From assembly GCA_019428815.1 (NCBI GenBank), contig JAHYJW010000003.1, forward strand, positions 20,617-84,616: a stretch of DNA of 64,000 nt. The letters are read 5' to 3'. This document shows positions 20,824 to 30,428 of the stretch, in pieces. Within the stretch, counting starts at the first letter, position 1, and every line of letters begins with the position of its first letter. The DNA comes from Patescibacteria group bacterium. Its GTDB lineage: Archaea > Nanobdellota > Nanobdellia > Pacearchaeales > GW2011-AR1. The notes below the pieces were generated by a model, which made no database searches, was not told where the DNA came from, and saw only the letters and a program-made list of their open reading frames with translations. A program made the translations under genes and the position numbers.

Positions 20824-22203
20824 ATGGTATTAAAAATTTATAACACCCTCTCTCGAAAAAAAGAAAGTTTTAAACCAATCAAAGAAGGGGAAGTTAATCT
20901 TTTTGTGTGTGGGCCAACAGTTTATAATTCATCTCACCTAGGACATGCAAAAACCTATGTACAATTTGATGTTATTGTAAAGTTCTTAAGATTTAAAGGA
21001 TATAAAGTAAAATACATACAAAATATAACAAACATCGATGATAAAATAATTCTTAAAGCAAAGGAAGAGGGTTTAGGAGAAGAAGGTTGGGAAATAGTTA
21101 GTGAAAGATATGAAAAAAGTTATTTAGAAGATATGAAAAAACTTAATGTTAATTCTGTCAATAAATATGCAAAGGCTACAAACTATATGGGCCAGATAAT
21201 TTCTCAAGTTAATTGCCTTATTAAAATGGGCTATGCATACCAAATTTCTGATGGATGGTACTTTGATTTAAGTAAGTGTAAAGATTATGGAAAATTAGCA
21301 AAAAGAACAAGCCAAAAGGCGGATGATGCGGTTTCTAGAATTGATGAAAATAAGGAGAAAAAAAATAAGGGAGATTTTTGTTTATGGAAATTCTCTAAAA
21401 AAGGAGAACCTAAATGGGAAACAAAAATTGGAGAAGGACGTCCAGGATGGCATATAGAAGACACTGCTATTACTGAAAAAGAATTTGGCCCCCAGTATGA
21501 TGTTCACGGGGGCGGGATAGATTTAATATTTCCCCATCATGAGGCAGAGATAGCCCAGATGGAGTCCATTTCTGGAAAAAAACCTTTAGTGAAATATTGG
21601 TTACACACTGGTTTTTTAGAAATTGATAAAGGAAAGATGTCAAAATCAAAAGGAAATTTCTACGGTCTTAAAGAAATTATGGAAAAGGGCTATAATCCCC
21701 TTCATTTAAGATATCTTTTCCTTTTGGGTCATTATAAAAAACCTCTTAATTTCAGTTGGGAAAGTTTAAACTCTGCAAGAAATGCTTATGAAAAATTAAA
21801 AAATAATTTGTCTAAAATAAAAAGCAGTAAATCAAAAATTAATCAAAAAAATGTAGATTCTGTAAAAAAGCAGTTCATTCAAATACTAGATGATGATTTT
21901 AATGTACCCCGAGCTCTTTCATATTTGTGGGATATCTTAAGAGAAGAAAAACTTAATGACTCTGAAAAATTTAAGATTATTACTGAATTCGATAAAGTTT
22001 TTGATTTAGATTTAAGTTTAGATAAAGAAGAAATCCAAGAAGTCCCTTCAGAAATTTTAAAACTAGCAAAAGAAAGAGACGAATTAAGAAAAAATAAAAA
22101 GTTTAAAGAATCAGATGAGATTAGGGATAAGATTAATAAACAGGGTTTCGTTGTTGAAGATAGTGAGGCAGGTTCTGTAATTAAAAAAAGAGGAGGAAAT
22201 TAA
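20824..22203 (+). CDS. cysS: cysteine--tRNA ligase
   Basis: Class I motifs HLGHA and KMSKS. CGPTVYNSSHLGHAKTY at the N-terminus. Confidence 0.9.
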   Translation: MVLKIYNTLSRKKESFKPIKEGEVNLFVCGPTVYNSSHLGHAKTYVQFDVIVKFLRFKGYKVKYIQNITNIDDKIILKAKEEGLGEEGWEIVSERYEKSYLEDMKKLNVNSVNKYAKATNYMGQIISQVNCLIKMGYAYQISDGWYFDLSKCKDYGKLAKRTSQKADDAVSRIDENKEKKNKGDFCLWKFSKKGEPKWETKIGEGRPGWHIEDTAITEKEFGPQYDVHGGGIDLIFPHHEAEIAQMESISGKKPLVKYWLHTGFLEIDKGKMSKSKGNFYGLKEIMEKGYNPLHLRYLFLLGHYKKPLNFSWESLNSARNAYEKLKNNLSKIKSSKSKINQKNVDSVKKQFIQILDDDFNVPRALSYLWDILREEKLNDSEKFKIITEFDKVFDLDLSLDKEEIQEVPSEILKLAKERDELRKNKKFKESDEIRDKINKQGFVVEDSEAGSVIKKRGGN

Positions 22204-22305
22204 AAGAATCTCTTTGATTTTATAGGGATACTTCATATTTTGATAATTCCAATTTTAAAGTCCAAATTTTAAAGTTAAAGAATTAAAGGAGGGTGAATAA
22301 AAAAG

Positions 22306-23604
22306 ATGAATAAAAAAATTGAGTGGTATCATGATTTTATTAATTTAAAATACAAACCCAAATCTGACGATTTAAAAGTTTTGTATTATTTTGAACCAGC
22401 TAAAGGGATTAGTAAAGAAGATTCTATTGGAAGAATTGCTTCTGAGTCTTCTACAGGTACCTGGACAACATTATATGAGCTACCTCCAAGAATGAAAAAG
22501 CTTATGGCAACAGCATATGAAATCAAAGGTAATTTTGTAAAAGTAGCATACCCTTTAGATTTATGGGAGTCTGGAAATGCACCCCAACTCCTATCTGGAA
22601 TTGCAGGGAATATTTTTGGAATGAAAGCTTTGAATAACTTAAGACTTCTTGATGTTTCTCTACCTCAATCTTATATAAAACATTTCAAAGGCCCTAAACT
22701 TGGAATTTCAGGACTGAGAAAATATTTTAAGATTTACGACAGACCATTAACGGGGGCAGTATTAAAACCGAAAATAGGATTTAGTGCATTAGAACATACT
22801 AGAATAGCTAAAGAAACCTGGTTAGGGGGATTTGATTTAGTCAAAGATGATGAAAATCTTACTTCAACTAAATTTAACAATTTTTACAAAAGAGTAGACC
22901 TTATGACAAAGATGAGGGATAAAGTAGAAAAAGAAACCGGAGAGATAAAAGACGCATTACTCAACATAACTTCTGAAACAAAAGAGATGATGAAACGAGC
23001 AAAATACCTACATGATAAAGGATGGAAATATGCAATGATTGACGTTGTTGTTTCTGGTACTGCAGCAGTTCAAACACTTAGAGAAACTCTAGGGGATTAT
23101 GGTATGGGAATACACGCGCATAGAGCTATGCATGCTTCTTTTGATAGAAATGAAAAACATGGAATAACTATGCAGTTTTTAGCTAAAATAATGAGACTTA
23201 TTGGAGTAGAACAAATACACTCTGGAACAGCAGTGGGAAAATTAGTCGGTTCTAAGGAGGAAGTTCAGAGTATTGCAACAACTCTTAGAGAAAAGAATGT
23301 TAAAGAAAAGTTACCTTATCATTTAGAACAGAATTGGCATCATATAAAGCCCTCTTTTCCTGTTTCTTCTGGAGGTTTACATCCGGGGCTTGTTCCAGAA
23401 GAATTAGAAATTTTTGGTAAAGACCTTATCTTATTAATCTCCGGGGGAATTCATGGGCACCCTAAAGGAACTCGAGCAGGAGCAATGGCTACAATGCAAG
23501 CAATAGATGCATTTAATAAAAAGATTTCATTAGAGGATTATTCTAAGAATAATAAGGAATTGGCTCAATCATTAGAAAAGTGGGGAAGATTAAAACCAAG
23601 GTAA
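22306..23604 (+). CDS. rbcL: ribulose-1,5-bisphosphate carboxylase large subunit, form III type
   Basis: Active-site residues are retained: LKPKIG, GGFDLVKDDE (carbamylated Lys plus Asp/Glu), IHAHRAMHA, IHSGT, GKL, PVSSGG, SGGIHGHP. No small-subunit gene is nearby. Confidence 0.9.
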   Translation: MNKKIEWYHDFINLKYKPKSDDLKVLYYFEPAKGISKEDSIGRIASESSTGTWTTLYELPPRMKKLMATAYEIKGNFVKVAYPLDLWESGNAPQLLSGIAGNIFGMKALNNLRLLDVSLPQSYIKHFKGPKLGISGLRKYFKIYDRPLTGAVLKPKIGFSALEHTRIAKETWLGGFDLVKDDENLTSTKFNNFYKRVDLMTKMRDKVEKETGEIKDALLNITSETKEMMKRAKYLHDKGWKYAMIDVVVSGTAAVQTLRETLGDYGMGIHAHRAMHASFDRNEKHGITMQFLAKIMRLIGVEQIHSGTAVGKLVGSKEEVQSIATTLREKNVKEKLPYHLEQNWHHIKPSFPVSSGGLHPGLVPEELEIFGKDLILLISGGIHGHPKGTRAGAMATMQAIDAFNKKISLEDYSKNNKELAQSLEKWGRLKPR

Positions 23605-23726
23605 AATCAGGGGAAAATTTTAAACTTAAACACCTAAATTTTCTTAAAAACTAACCCAACAAATTTAAAAACTTATTTTATTTACTTAAGCTATCTTAAT
23701 GATAAAATTTAAAGGAGGGATTAAAA

Positions 23727-24710
23727 ATAAGAGTCGCAATTAATGGTCTAGGTAGAATTGGAAGACTTGTTTTAAAAAGTGGATTAAAAAGGGGAGTAAA
23801 TTTTGTAGCTATAAATGATTTGACTGAAATTGAAAATCTTGCTTATTTATTAAAATATGATTCTGTTTACGGAAAATATGATGAAAAAATTGAAGTAGAC
23901 AAGAATATGTTAAAAATTGGAAATAAAAAAATACAAATTTTTTCTGAAAAAGATCCTGCAAATTTACCGTGGTCTAAATTAAAAATTGATGTTGTAATTG
24001 AATGTACAGGTTTATTTAGAGAAAAAGAAACAGCTTCAAAACACTTAAATGCAGGAGCAAAAAGGGTAATCATCTCTGCACCCGCTAAAGACCCCGACGT
24101 AACAATTGTTCCTGGAGTAAATGATAAGATGCTAAAAAAAGAGCACAAAATAATCTCAATGGCAAGTTGTACAACAAATGGTCTTGCCCCTGTCTTAAAA
24201 GTTCTTCATGATGAATTTGGAATAAAAAAAGGTTTTATGACAACAGTTCATGCATACACCTCCAGTCAAGGGATTGTGGATAAACCTGTCAGAAAATTAA
24301 GAAGGGGCAGAGCTGCTGCAGTGAATATTGTTCCTACAAGTTCTGGAGCAACAAAAGCAATTAGTGAAATTATTCCAGACTTAAAAGAAAAATTAGATGG
24401 TCTTGCGATTAGGGTTCCAGTTCCTAGCGGAAGCATTGTCGATTTTGTTGGAGAATTAAAAGTAGAAGTTGATAAAGAAAAAGTTAACAGTGTATTAAGA
24501 AAGGCTTCTCTTAAGGGCCCTCTTAAGGGGATCCTAGGGTATTCAGAAGAAGAACTTGTTTCAACAGACATCTTAGGGACAACATACTCTTCTATTGTGG
24601 ACGGCTTATCAACAATGGTTATTGGAAATTCAGTCAAAGTTCTAGCATGGTATGATAACGAATATGGATATGCATACAGATTAGCAGAGTTTGTTAAGAG
24701 GCTGGGATAA
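23727..24710 (+). CDS. gap: glyceraldehyde-3-phosphate dehydrogenase, class I (bacterial/eukaryotic type); apparent ATA start
   Basis: The track ORF starts at TTG 23820, but the frame is open from 23706 and encodes (I)RVAINGLGRIGRLV, the NAD-binding N-terminus. SD GGAGGG is at 23714-23719. Catalytic SCTTN motif is present. Confidence 0.8.
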   Translation: MRVAINGLGRIGRLVLKSGLKRGVNFVAINDLTEIENLAYLLKYDSVYGKYDEKIEVDKNMLKIGNKKIQIFSEKDPANLPWSKLKIDVVIECTGLFREKETASKHLNAGAKRVIISAPAKDPDVTIVPGVNDKMLKKEHKIISMASCTTNGLAPVLKVLHDEFGIKKGFMTTVHAYTSSQGIVDKPVRKLRRGRAAAVNIVPTSSGATKAISEIIPDLKEKLDGLAIRVPVPSGSIVDFVGELKVEVDKEKVNSVLRKASLKGPLKGILGYSEEELVSTDILGTTYSSIVDGLSTMVIGNSVKVLAWYDNEYGYAYRLAEFVKRLG

Positions 24711-24727
24711 AAATTATAAAAATAAAA

Positions 24728-25909
24728 ATGAGAGCCATTTCTAAGATTAATAAAAATGAAATTAAGAATAAATTTGTTTTGTTAAGAACAGATTTGAATT
24801 CAGATGTTTTAAATAAAAAAGTAATTCTCTCTGAAAGAATAAAACAGAGTGCTGAAACTATAAATTTCTTAAAAAAAAGAGGAGCAAAGGTAGTAATTCT
24901 TGCACATCAAGGTAGAGCTGGAAAAACTGACTTTTTAAGTTTAAAGCAACACCACAAATATCTAACACGTTATGTAAAAATAAAATTTATGCCGGATATA
25001 GATATAGGAGGTAAAAAATCAATTAAGGCTATAGAAAAATTAAAGCCAAATGAAGCGATTTTATTAGAGAATATCAGGTTTATTGAAGATGAATTTATTC
25101 CAGAAAAAAAGGAAAATAAAATTTTAAAAATTGCCTCTAAAATGGATATTTATGTTAACGATGCTTTTTCTAATAGTCATAGAGAACATACTTCTATGCT
25201 AATTCCAAGGTATTTCCCTAAAATAAAAAGTTATGCAGGGTTTATTTTAGAAAGAGAGGTGGAATCTTTAAAAAAAATAAAATTAAGAAACTGCCTTTAT
25301 CTATTGGGGGGTGCGAAACCAGAAGATAATATAAAATTATTAAATCCCTCGAATAAGAATAAAGTTTTAACAGGAGGTTTATTTGGCCAATTATGTATAA
25401 TAGCTAATGGAAAAGATTTAGGTGCCCAAAATGATTACTTAAAAAAGACTATTTCAGATTATGAAAAAAATTTAAATGAGTTAAAAAAAATTTTAAAAGA
25501 TAAATTTCTCCAAGAAAAAATAAAAACGCCTTTGGACTTCGCGGTTAAAAAAGAAGGAAAAAGAAAAGAATTGATTTTAGGTTTATTTCCCTCAAAAGAA
25601 GAGATATTTGATATTGGAGAAAAAACAATAAAAAGATATGTGAGCGAAATAAAAAAAGCTAAAGCAATTTATATGAAGGGACCTTTTGGTTTCTGTTCAG
25701 AAAAAGAGTTTAGCAAAGGAACCCATGAAATTTTAAAGGCAATCTCAAATAGCAAGGGGTTTTCTGTTATCGGAGGGGGGCATTTAAGTGACGCTATAAA
25801 ATCTTCTAAAATCCCTCAAAAAAAATTCGGTCATATAAGCTTATCTGGGGGGGCTTTATTAAGATATCTCAACGGAGAGAAACTTCCAGGGTTAGAGGTT
25901 TTAAATTAA
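24728..25909 (+). CDS. pgk: phosphoglycerate kinase
   Basis: 393 aa with LLRTDLNSDV, ILAHQGR, NDAFSNSHREHTS and GGGHLSDA motifs. Confidence 0.85.
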   Translation: MRAISKINKNEIKNKFVLLRTDLNSDVLNKKVILSERIKQSAETINFLKKRGAKVVILAHQGRAGKTDFLSLKQHHKYLTRYVKIKFMPDIDIGGKKSIKAIEKLKPNEAILLENIRFIEDEFIPEKKENKILKIASKMDIYVNDAFSNSHREHTSMLIPRYFPKIKSYAGFILEREVESLKKIKLRNCLYLLGGAKPEDNIKLLNPSNKNKVLTGGLFGQLCIIANGKDLGAQNDYLKKTISDYEKNLNELKKILKDKFLQEKIKTPLDFAVKKEGKRKELILGLFPSKEEIFDIGEKTIKRYVSEIKKAKAIYMKGPFGFCSEKEFSKGTHEILKAISNSKGFSVIGGGHLSDAIKSSKIPQKKFGHISLSGGALLRYLNGEKLPGLEVLN

Positions 25910-26041
25910 ATAGGGTTTATCCTTAAGAATAAAAGTTTCTAAATAACTGAAAAGGATTAACTTTATAAAATTAAAGAGTTTTTTATAAATAAGTTAAAGA
26001 TTTTTTTCAAATCTTTTTTAAATTGATCAAAATAAAGGCTG

Positions 26042-26488
26042 GTGAAAAAAGTGAAAAATAAAAATTTTGAAAAAGAGGTTATTAGAAAATTTAAGGATAT
26101 TAAAGAGATTTTTAAAAATTCTAATATAAAAAATAATCCCTTAATCTATAGAGTTCTTATAAAATCTTTGGGTAATCATGAGCTTGGTTTGACTATAATT
26201 GAACCGGGAAGTATCAATAAGGAGTACTACATGACCAAAGGGCATAAACACAAAAAAGCTTTTTCTGAAGTTTATATCTTAGAAGAAGGAAAAGGAAAGC
26301 TAGTATTACAAGATAAAAAGATAAAGATAATTGAATTAAAAAAAGACAAACCTATTATAGTTCCAGAAAAAACAGCTCATCGATTGATAAATACTGGGAA
26401 TACAAAATTAAAGGTTCTTACGCTTTATCATAAAGATTCGGGACATGATTATAGTGTGAAGTTTAAAAAGAGACTTTTAAAAAAATGA
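26042..26488 (+). CDS. pgiA: cupin-type glucose-6-phosphate isomerase (cPGI)
   Basis: YMTKGHKHKKAFSEVYILEEGKGKLVLQ and IIVPEKTAHRLINTGNTKLKVLTLYHKDSGHDY parallel the Pyrococcus cPGI metal-site motifs (TKGHFH, AHR, GHDY). GTG start. Confidence 0.75.
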   Translation: MKKVKNKNFEKEVIRKFKDIKEIFKNSNIKNNPLIYRVLIKSLGNHELGLTIIEPGSINKEYYMTKGHKHKKAFSEVYILEEGKGKLVLQDKKIKIIELKKDKPIIVPEKTAHRLINTGNTKLKVLTLYHKDSGHDYSVKFKKRLLKK

Positions 26489-27258
26489 AGACGAATATTT
26501 CAAAAATTTTAAAAAAAGAACGTGCAATTTTCCTCGCTTATGACCAGGGGTTAGAACATGGACCTATAGATTTTAATGATAAAAATGTTGATCCAAATTA
26601 TATCATAAAAATTGCAAAAGAAGGAGGATATAATGCACTTATCTTTCAAAAAGGAATCGCAGAGAAATATAACGAAGAAATAAAAAAATCAAAGATTCCC
26701 CTTATTGTTAAACTTAATGGGAAAACTAATCTTGTCAAAGGAGAACCCATCTCAAATCAAATTTGTACTGTAGAAGAGGCAATAAAGCTTGGTGCTGTTG
26801 CTGTAGGTTATACTCTTTATATTGGTTCAGAACACGAATCAAAAATGTTTGATGAATTTGCAGAAATAGAAAAAGAAGCACATAAAAAAGGGTTAACAGT
26901 AATTGCATGGATTTATCCAAGAGGTAGAGGAATAAAAAAACATTCAAAAAGAGAATTAATGGCTTATGCCGCAAGAACTGGTTTAGAGATTGGAGCAGAT
27001 ATAGCTAAGATACAGTATAACGGGAATCCTGAAGATTTAAAGTGGGCGGTGAAATCTGCAGGAAAAACTAGGGTAATCATTGCGGGCGGTATCAAAAAAG
27101 GGGACTCTCAGTTAATTAAACAAGTAAAAGAGATTATGGAGTGCGGTGCAGTAGGTTTAGCTATCGGAAGGAATATTTGGCAAAATAAAGATCCTTTAGA
27201 AATTACAAAAAAAATGAAAAAAATAATATGGAGTGAAATAAAAAATGAAAAAAAATAA
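26485..27258 (+). CDS. fbaA: class I fructose-bisphosphate aldolase, archaeal type (DhnA family)
   Basis: FLAYDQGLEHGP, ADIAKIQY (Schiff-base Lys region) and GLAIGRNIWQ. A 4-nt overlap with pgiA. ADH synthase is an alternative in the same family. Confidence 0.7.
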   Translation: MKTNISKILKKERAIFLAYDQGLEHGPIDFNDKNVDPNYIIKIAKEGGYNALIFQKGIAEKYNEEIKKSKIPLIVKLNGKTNLVKGEPISNQICTVEEAIKLGAVAVGYTLYIGSEHESKMFDEFAEIEKEAHKKGLTVIAWIYPRGRGIKKHSKRELMAYAARTGLEIGADIAKIQYNGNPEDLKWAVKSAGKTRVIIAGGIKKGDSQLIKQVKEIMECGAVGLAIGRNIWQNKDPLEITKKMKKIIWSEIKNEKK

Positions 27259-27880
27259 GATAAGAATTTTAATTAATCTTAAAACATATAACCAAGGTGA
27301 AAAAGTTCTCTCGCTTGCAGAATCTCTAAAGAAAGTCAATCAAGATATAATTTTAGGCGCACAGGCTACAGATATAAAAGAGATTGTAGAAAAAACAGGA
27401 TTGAGGGTTTATGCTCAACACGTAGATTATTTTGAAACAGGGAGAAATACAGGTTATATTCTTCCAGAAGCAGTTAAAGCAAACAAAGCTCAGGGGGTAT
27501 TGTTAAATCATTCAGAACATAAACTAAAATTTTTAGATATTGAAAAAACAGTTTATAGATGTAAAAAACTGGGATTAAAAACAATGATTTTCGTTTCTAG
27601 TTTAAAAGAAGCGAAAAAGATTGAAATTTTAAAACCAGACTACATTGTTTTTGAACCTCCGAAACTTGTAGGGGGAGATATCTCTGTTTCTAATGCTAAA
27701 CCTGAGATAATAAGAGAAATTGCAAAAAATATCAAAACTAAATTTTTAGTAGGAGCAGGGATAAAAACTAGAGAAGATGTAATAAAAGCAATTGAATTAG
27801 GTGCATCAGGAATTGGAATATCGTCTGCAATTACTCTTGCTAAAAATCCTTCAAAAAAGCTTAAAGAGTTAGTTATCTAA
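27245..27880 (+). CDS. tpiA: triosephosphate isomerase (short archaeal type)
   Basis: INLKTY, LLNHSEH, VFEPPKLVGG and GAGIKTREDV. It overlaps the fba 3' end by 14 nt. Confidence 0.85.
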   Translation: MKKNKIRILINLKTYNQGEKVLSLAESLKKVNQDIILGAQATDIKEIVEKTGLRVYAQHVDYFETGRNTGYILPEAVKANKAQGVLLNHSEHKLKFLDIEKTVYRCKKLGLKTMIFVSSLKEAKKIEILKPDYIVFEPPKLVGGDISVSNAKPEIIREIAKNIKTKFLVGAGIKTREDVIKAIELGASGIGISSAITLAKNPSKKLKELVI

Positions 27881-27975
27881 GTCTATTTCTTAAGACAAAG
27901 ATTAAAATAAAGTCCAGAAAGATCAAAAAAAGAATCTTTAAGTTTTAAGATTATTTAAGTTTTAGAATAAGGGTC

Positions 27976-28710
27976 TTAAAGATGACAAGTCCAACCGCCA
28001 TCAATATTAATTATAGAGCCGGTCATATAACTGCATTCATCAGAAGAAAGATAAACAGCTAATCCTCCAAGTTCTTCTGATTTTCCGGATCTTTTAAGAG
28101 GTATTGCATTACTCAAAGTGGTTTTTATTCCCTCTGTTTTTGCTAAACCTTGGGTCATAGGCGTTACAAAAAAACCTGGACAAATTGCATTTACGTTTAT
28201 GTTCTTTGGAGCATATTCCATAGCCATAGATTTTGTCAAAGAAATCACTGCTCCTTTACTTGCATTATAAGCTGATGATGCAGCAAAAGCATGATGACCT
28301 GCGACTGAAGCAACGTTTATAATTCTACCGCCACTTTTCATTTTAGGTGTGCAATATTTTGCCATAAGGAAATAACCTGTGACATTAATAGCCATTAATT
28401 TTTCCCATTCTTCTTTTTTCGTAGAATTAATTATTGTTGGATAAAAAACCCCTGCGTTATTAATTAAAATATCAATCTTCCCAAAATCTTTTTTAACTAA
28501 ATTTACTGTTTCTTCAATATTCTTATCATTAGACATATCTACTTTATAAAATTTAGACTTAGTTTTCAATTTTTTGATTGTTCCCTGACCATCTTTAATA
28601 TCAAAAATTGCAATTTTAGCACCTTGTTTAGAAAGAGCAATTGCCATAGATTCGCCTAATCCTCCTGCAGCCCCAGTAATTACGGCAACTTTATCTTTTA
28701 GATTAAACAT
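27976..28710 (-). CDS. SDR-family oxidoreductase (FabG / glucose dehydrogenase-like)
   Basis: TGAAGGLG cofactor motif, NNAG, and the catalytic YNASK. Confidence 0.85.
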   Translation of the reverse strand: MFNLKDKVAVITGAAGGLGESMAIALSKQGAKIAIFDIKDGQGTIKKLKTKSKFYKVDMSNDKNIEETVNLVKKDFGKIDILINNAGVFYPTIINSTKKEEWEKLMAINVTGYFLMAKYCTPKMKSGGRIINVASVAGHHAFAASSAYNASKGAVISLTKSMAMEYAPKNINVNAICPGFFVTPMTQGLAKTEGIKTTLSNAIPLKRSGKSEELGGLAVYLSSDECSYMTGSIINIDGGWTCHL

Positions 28711-28975
28711 TAAAAATCCTCTTTTTATTTTATTCGTTTAAATTATAATATCCAAATTTTATTAATATTTAAACCTTTCTTATTTTTTATTTTCGTTTAT
28801 CTGAAAGATTCTGTTTATGGTATATTCCTTTATTTTTTCTTTAAAAAATTAGGATAAGTTTTGATAAAAGAACCTGCTTTTTTCACTAAGTTTTTAAATA
28901 GAGTTTCATTAAAAAAAGCATACTTATTAAGCTTATTAAACAAAGTTATAAACAATTTGAATAAAAATAAAAAAG

Positions 28976-29923
28976 GTGATTAAGATGTATGACGTAATTT
29001 GTTTTGGTTCTGCAACAGAAGACATTTTTATAGATACCGGATTAAGAGAAGTGAATAAAAAGATAGTTTATCCTGTTGGAACAAAAATCCCCATAAAGAG
29101 TTTAAATTTTGGTATAGGAGGCGTTGGGATTAATGTTAGTGTCGGCCTTTCGAGAATGAATTTAAAAGTAGCATATATCGGAAAAATGGGGAATGATGAG
29201 GCGGGTAGTAGAATTTTGGATTGTTTAAAAAAAGAGAAGATTGATTTCATAGGAACAAAAACTCAGGGGGTTACAGGTTATGGTTTCATATTAGATACAT
29301 ATGAGAGGGAAAGAACCATTTTAACTTACCATGGATTAACTGATAATTTCAAGTTTAATGAAATAAACAAAAACAAAATTAAAACAAAATGGATGTTTTT
29401 TTCTTCACTAAGAGGAGAATCAATAAAAACTGAAGATAAGATGGTACAGTGGTGTAAAAAAAATGGAATTAAAGTTGCATTTAATATGGATGCTAAAGTT
29501 GTTCATAAAGCTAAATTAAATTTAGACAGAATTCTAAAAAATCTTGATTTAATAATATTAAACAAAGAAGAAGCTCAGAGTATCACTAAAGGTGAAGATC
29601 CAAAAACTCTTGTTCGAGGGATACACAACCTTGGAACAAAAATGGTTGTTTTAACCGACGGAAGAGATCCTGCTTATGCTTTTGATGGAAAAAAGATTTA
29701 CACCTTAATTCCCCATAAAGGTATAAAGTTAGTAGAAAGGACTGGTGCAGGGGATGCTTTTACCAGCGGATTTTTAGCAGGGTATATAAAAACCCAGGAT
29801 ATAGAAAAATCATTAAAAATTGCATCTTTAAATTCTGAATCTGTAATACAACATTTTGGGGCGCATAACAAACTTCTAAAATGGGATGAAGTAAACAAAA
29901 AACTATCTTCTATTAAAAATTAA
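28976..29923 (+). CDS. PfkB/ribokinase-family carbohydrate or nucleoside kinase
   Basis: VICFGSATEDIF at the N-terminus and the TGAGDAFTSGFLAGY C-terminal PfkB signature. Substrate is not determinable from sequence. Confidence 0.8.
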   Translation: MIKMYDVICFGSATEDIFIDTGLREVNKKIVYPVGTKIPIKSLNFGIGGVGINVSVGLSRMNLKVAYIGKMGNDEAGSRILDCLKKEKIDFIGTKTQGVTGYGFILDTYERERTILTYHGLTDNFKFNEINKNKIKTKWMFFSSLRGESIKTEDKMVQWCKKNGIKVAFNMDAKVVHKAKLNLDRILKNLDLIILNKEEAQSITKGEDPKTLVRGIHNLGTKMVVLTDGRDPAYAFDGKKIYTLIPHKGIKLVERTGAGDAFTSGFLAGYIKTQDIEKSLKIASLNSESVIQHFGAHNKLLKWDEVNKKLSSIKN

Positions 29924-29924
29924 A

Positions 29925-30380
29925 ATGCCTTATCGAAAAGCGGTTTTTATTTTAGCCTATACTAGAAACAAAAAAGATATTGAGTATCTTTTGTTAAAAA
30001 GAAAATTACACTGGGAGGGGTGGGAATTTCCAAAAGGTGCAATAAAATTTTTAGAGACTAAAAAAAATGCTGTTAAAAGAGAACTTAAAGAAGAAACTGG
30101 GCTTTATCCCATAAAAATAAAAAAATTTGACTACTCTGGGAAGTATGAATATGAAAAAAAAATTCCAGATAGGCCAAGGTTTAAAGGTCAAAGTTTTGTT
30201 TTATATGCTGTAGAAGTTAAAAAACCATTTAACAGAAAAGTAAAAATAAGTGAGATAGAACATTCAGATTATAAGTGGGTTAATTATCCTAAAGCTATAA
30301 AACTTCTTAGATGGCCAAATCAAAAAGAATCTTTAAAGATTGTAAACGATTTCTTAAAACAGAAAGCACTAGCTAGTTAA
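29925..30380 (+). CDS. NUDIX hydrolase
   Basis: Nudix box GWEFPKGAIKFLETKKNAVKRELKEETGL. It starts 1 nt after the PfkB stop. Confidence 0.8.
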   Translation: MPYRKAVFILAYTRNKKDIEYLLLKRKLHWEGWEFPKGAIKFLETKKNAVKRELKEETGLYPIKIKKFDYSGKYEYEKKIPDRPRFKGQSFVLYAVEVKKPFNRKVKISEIEHSDYKWVNYPKAIKLLRWPNQKESLKIVNDFLKQKALAS

Positions 30381-30428
30381 TAAAAAAATAAGAAATAATT
30401 AAAAAAATAAAAATTAAAAAATTAAAAA

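Noticed and set aside
23820-23822. TTG 23820 as the GAPDH start, as in the ORF track.
   Set aside because: It would remove the GxGRIGR NAD-binding motif, which is encoded in frame upstream.
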